A stretch of DNA of 16,304 nucleotides from Candidatus Micrarchaeota archaeon (lineage in GTDB: Archaea; Micrarchaeota; Micrarchaeia; Anstonellales; Anstonellaceae): assembly GCA_043810635.1 (NCBI GenBank), contig JBDRNY010000070.1, positions 1 through 16,304 of the forward strand. Direction: 5' to 3'. A model generated the notes under the pieces. That model saw only the letters and a program-made list of their open reading frames with translations, was not told the DNA's origin and did no database searches. Each line of letters starts with the position of its first letter. Position 1 is the first letter of the stretch. Shown piece after piece: positions 15,227 to 16,304 of this stretch. The translations under genes were made by a program, and so were the position numbers.

Positions 15227-16159
15227 ATTCGGGAGTTAAATAAGGCTTACCTCAGAAACTCACAATGCAAAGTGTGGGTTCCAGAGGGGCCTTGATGAGA
15301 TGTATTTATTGCAAGTTTGATAAAACCATACGGTGCGGCTATCGCCGCACCAAAGAGAGAGGAAAGATACAAAGATACAAGTGCAAGCGCTGCAACAAGA
15401 AGTTTATTCCTGATGATGGGTTTAAGCACAGAAAAAAGAGCCCTGATTTTATCCTTGAAAATATATCATTATGGCTTGCTGGCCTGACATTCAGGCAGCT
15501 TGCCCAGCACTTCCAAATCTCAAAAAACAGCTGCCTTGACTGGGTGCTCTCTTATGCAGATAAAGTTGTCAGGCATTGGAGAAAGATAAAGCCTGGTTTG
15601 TCAGTAAAGCTTCACTTGGATGAGCTTTTTCTGCACATGAAAAACACTTTTTATTACATCTGGGATTCAATAAGCGCTGAAAACAGGTTTTGCACCCTTC
15701 ATCTTGAGAAAAGAAGGGGGAGCAGGGAAGCAACAAGCTTAATCCGTGACTCTCCAAGGGCCCTGAAGATTGTGACTGACGGCTCTTTTTCATACCAAAC
15801 TCCAGTAAGGGGCTGTTTTGGCACTGCATGGTATCATGAGAATTTTCATCAGTGTGTTAGTTTTGAAGACAAGAAAAACAACAACCTTGTTGAAAGGCTG
15901 CAAAACACTCTCAGAAGGTTTTTGCATCCAAGAAGGGGCTTTCATAGGGTTGACACTGGAAGGAAGCTGCTTGCATTGTATGAAATTTACCTTAACTTTG
16001 TAAGAAAGCATATGGCTTTGGGGTGCAGCCCAGCAGAGAAAGCTGGGCTGATAAAATATCCTGGCTGGATAAAAACAGAAAAGCAGAGATTGGATTACCT
16101 GCTGAAAAAGGCAGTTTTTTTATTGCTGAGGTTCAGCACCCGCATTCTGGGACACTGCC
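15213..16159 (+). mobile_element. IS6-family insertion sequence, 947 bp, with an 8-bp target-site duplication
   Basis: Left TIR GGCTCTGTCCCTAAATTCGGGAGTTAAA (15213-15240) matches the reverse complement of the right TIR, GGCAGTGTCCCAGAATGCGGGTGCTGAA (16132-16159), at 20/28. TGCATTCG is duplicated at 15205-15212 and 16160-16167. GG-starting TIRs and 8-bp DRs are typical of IS6. Confidence 0.88.
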
Positions 16160-16185
16160 TGCATTCGGCATTTAGAAAAGGTTAA
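15295..16185 (+). CDS. DDE transposase, IS6-like, with N-terminal Zn finger and HTH
   Basis: CIYC...QRYKCKRC Zn finger, an HTH (LTFRQLAQHFQIS), and catalytic LHLDE / IVTDG / NNLVER motifs. Alternative start at 15265. The stop lies outside the element. Confidence 0.9.
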   Translation: MRCIYCKFDKTIRCGYRRTKERGKIQRYKCKRCNKKFIPDDGFKHRKKSPDFILENISLWLAGLTFRQLAQHFQISKNSCLDWVLSYADKVVRHWRKIKPGLSVKLHLDELFLHMKNTFYYIWDSISAENRFCTLHLEKRRGSREATSLIRDSPRALKIVTDGSFSYQTPVRGCFGTAWYHENFHQCVSFEDKKNNNLVERLQNTLRRFLHPRRGFHRVDTGRKLLALYEIYLNFVRKHMALGCSPAEKAGLIKYPGWIKTEKQRLDYLLKKAVFLLLRFSTRILGHCLHSAFRKG

Positions 16186-16254
16186 AAACCGCCCATTGTA
16201 TAAGTAGTAACAATAACTATTAGTTGAAATACTCGCAAATATAGGTGAAAATTG

Positions 16255-16304
16255 ATGACAAAAGGAAATTATCATAATCCGATTAAAACAAAGTCAAGCG
16301 GCAC
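16255..16304 (+). CDS. 5' end of a CDS running off the window, possibly 30S ribosomal protein S8e
   Basis: SD AGGTGA, then MTKGNYHNPIKTKSSG(T). This loosely resembles S8e N-termini (..H.....K.SG), but only 16 codons are visible. Confidence 0.4.
   Translation, partial: MTKGNYHNPIKTKSSG

Noticed and set aside
752..16011. Many alternative-frame and antisense ORFs in the track (e.g. 1064..1618-, 4825..5556+, 5653..6270-, 6352..6924-, 13570..14100-)
   Set aside because: They overlap well-supported genes and have the F/S/P/L-rich composition expected of shadows of purine-rich coding strands.
1..16304. tRNA or rRNA genes
   Set aside because: No cloverleaf or T-loop motifs and no GC-rich structured stretches were seen in the short spacers.

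Overview
Archaeal chromosomal segment, most likely DPANN (Micrarchaeota-like). The archaeal assignment rests on FEN-1, archaeal MBF1, CTP-dependent RibK, a class III signal-peptide pilin and TATA boxes close to start codons; the finer taxonomy is inference. Housekeeping genes (ribK, fen, mbf1, a site-2 protease, bacterial-type thrS, a CDP-alcohol phosphatidyltransferase, an MTA/SAH deaminase and a TctA permease) are interleaved with orphan ORFs. A complete 947-bp IS6-family element with an 8-bp target duplication sits in the last codons of tctA. The most notable unannotated signal is a pair of box C/D guide sRNAs flanking ribK. One is canonical and its D' guide predicts 23S A-loop Um2552; the other has compensatory variant boxes (GUGAUUA/AUGA). 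All four guides plausibly point at the 23S peptidyl-transferase region. Also seen: a Cys-rich uORF copying the first 7 codons of mbf1, repeated duplications of gene termini into spacers, and a possible orphan DGR-type variable protein inside a repeat-bounded 1-kb segment. rRNA target assignments use recalled E. coli/haloarchaeal consensus sequence and need checking against the host rRNA.
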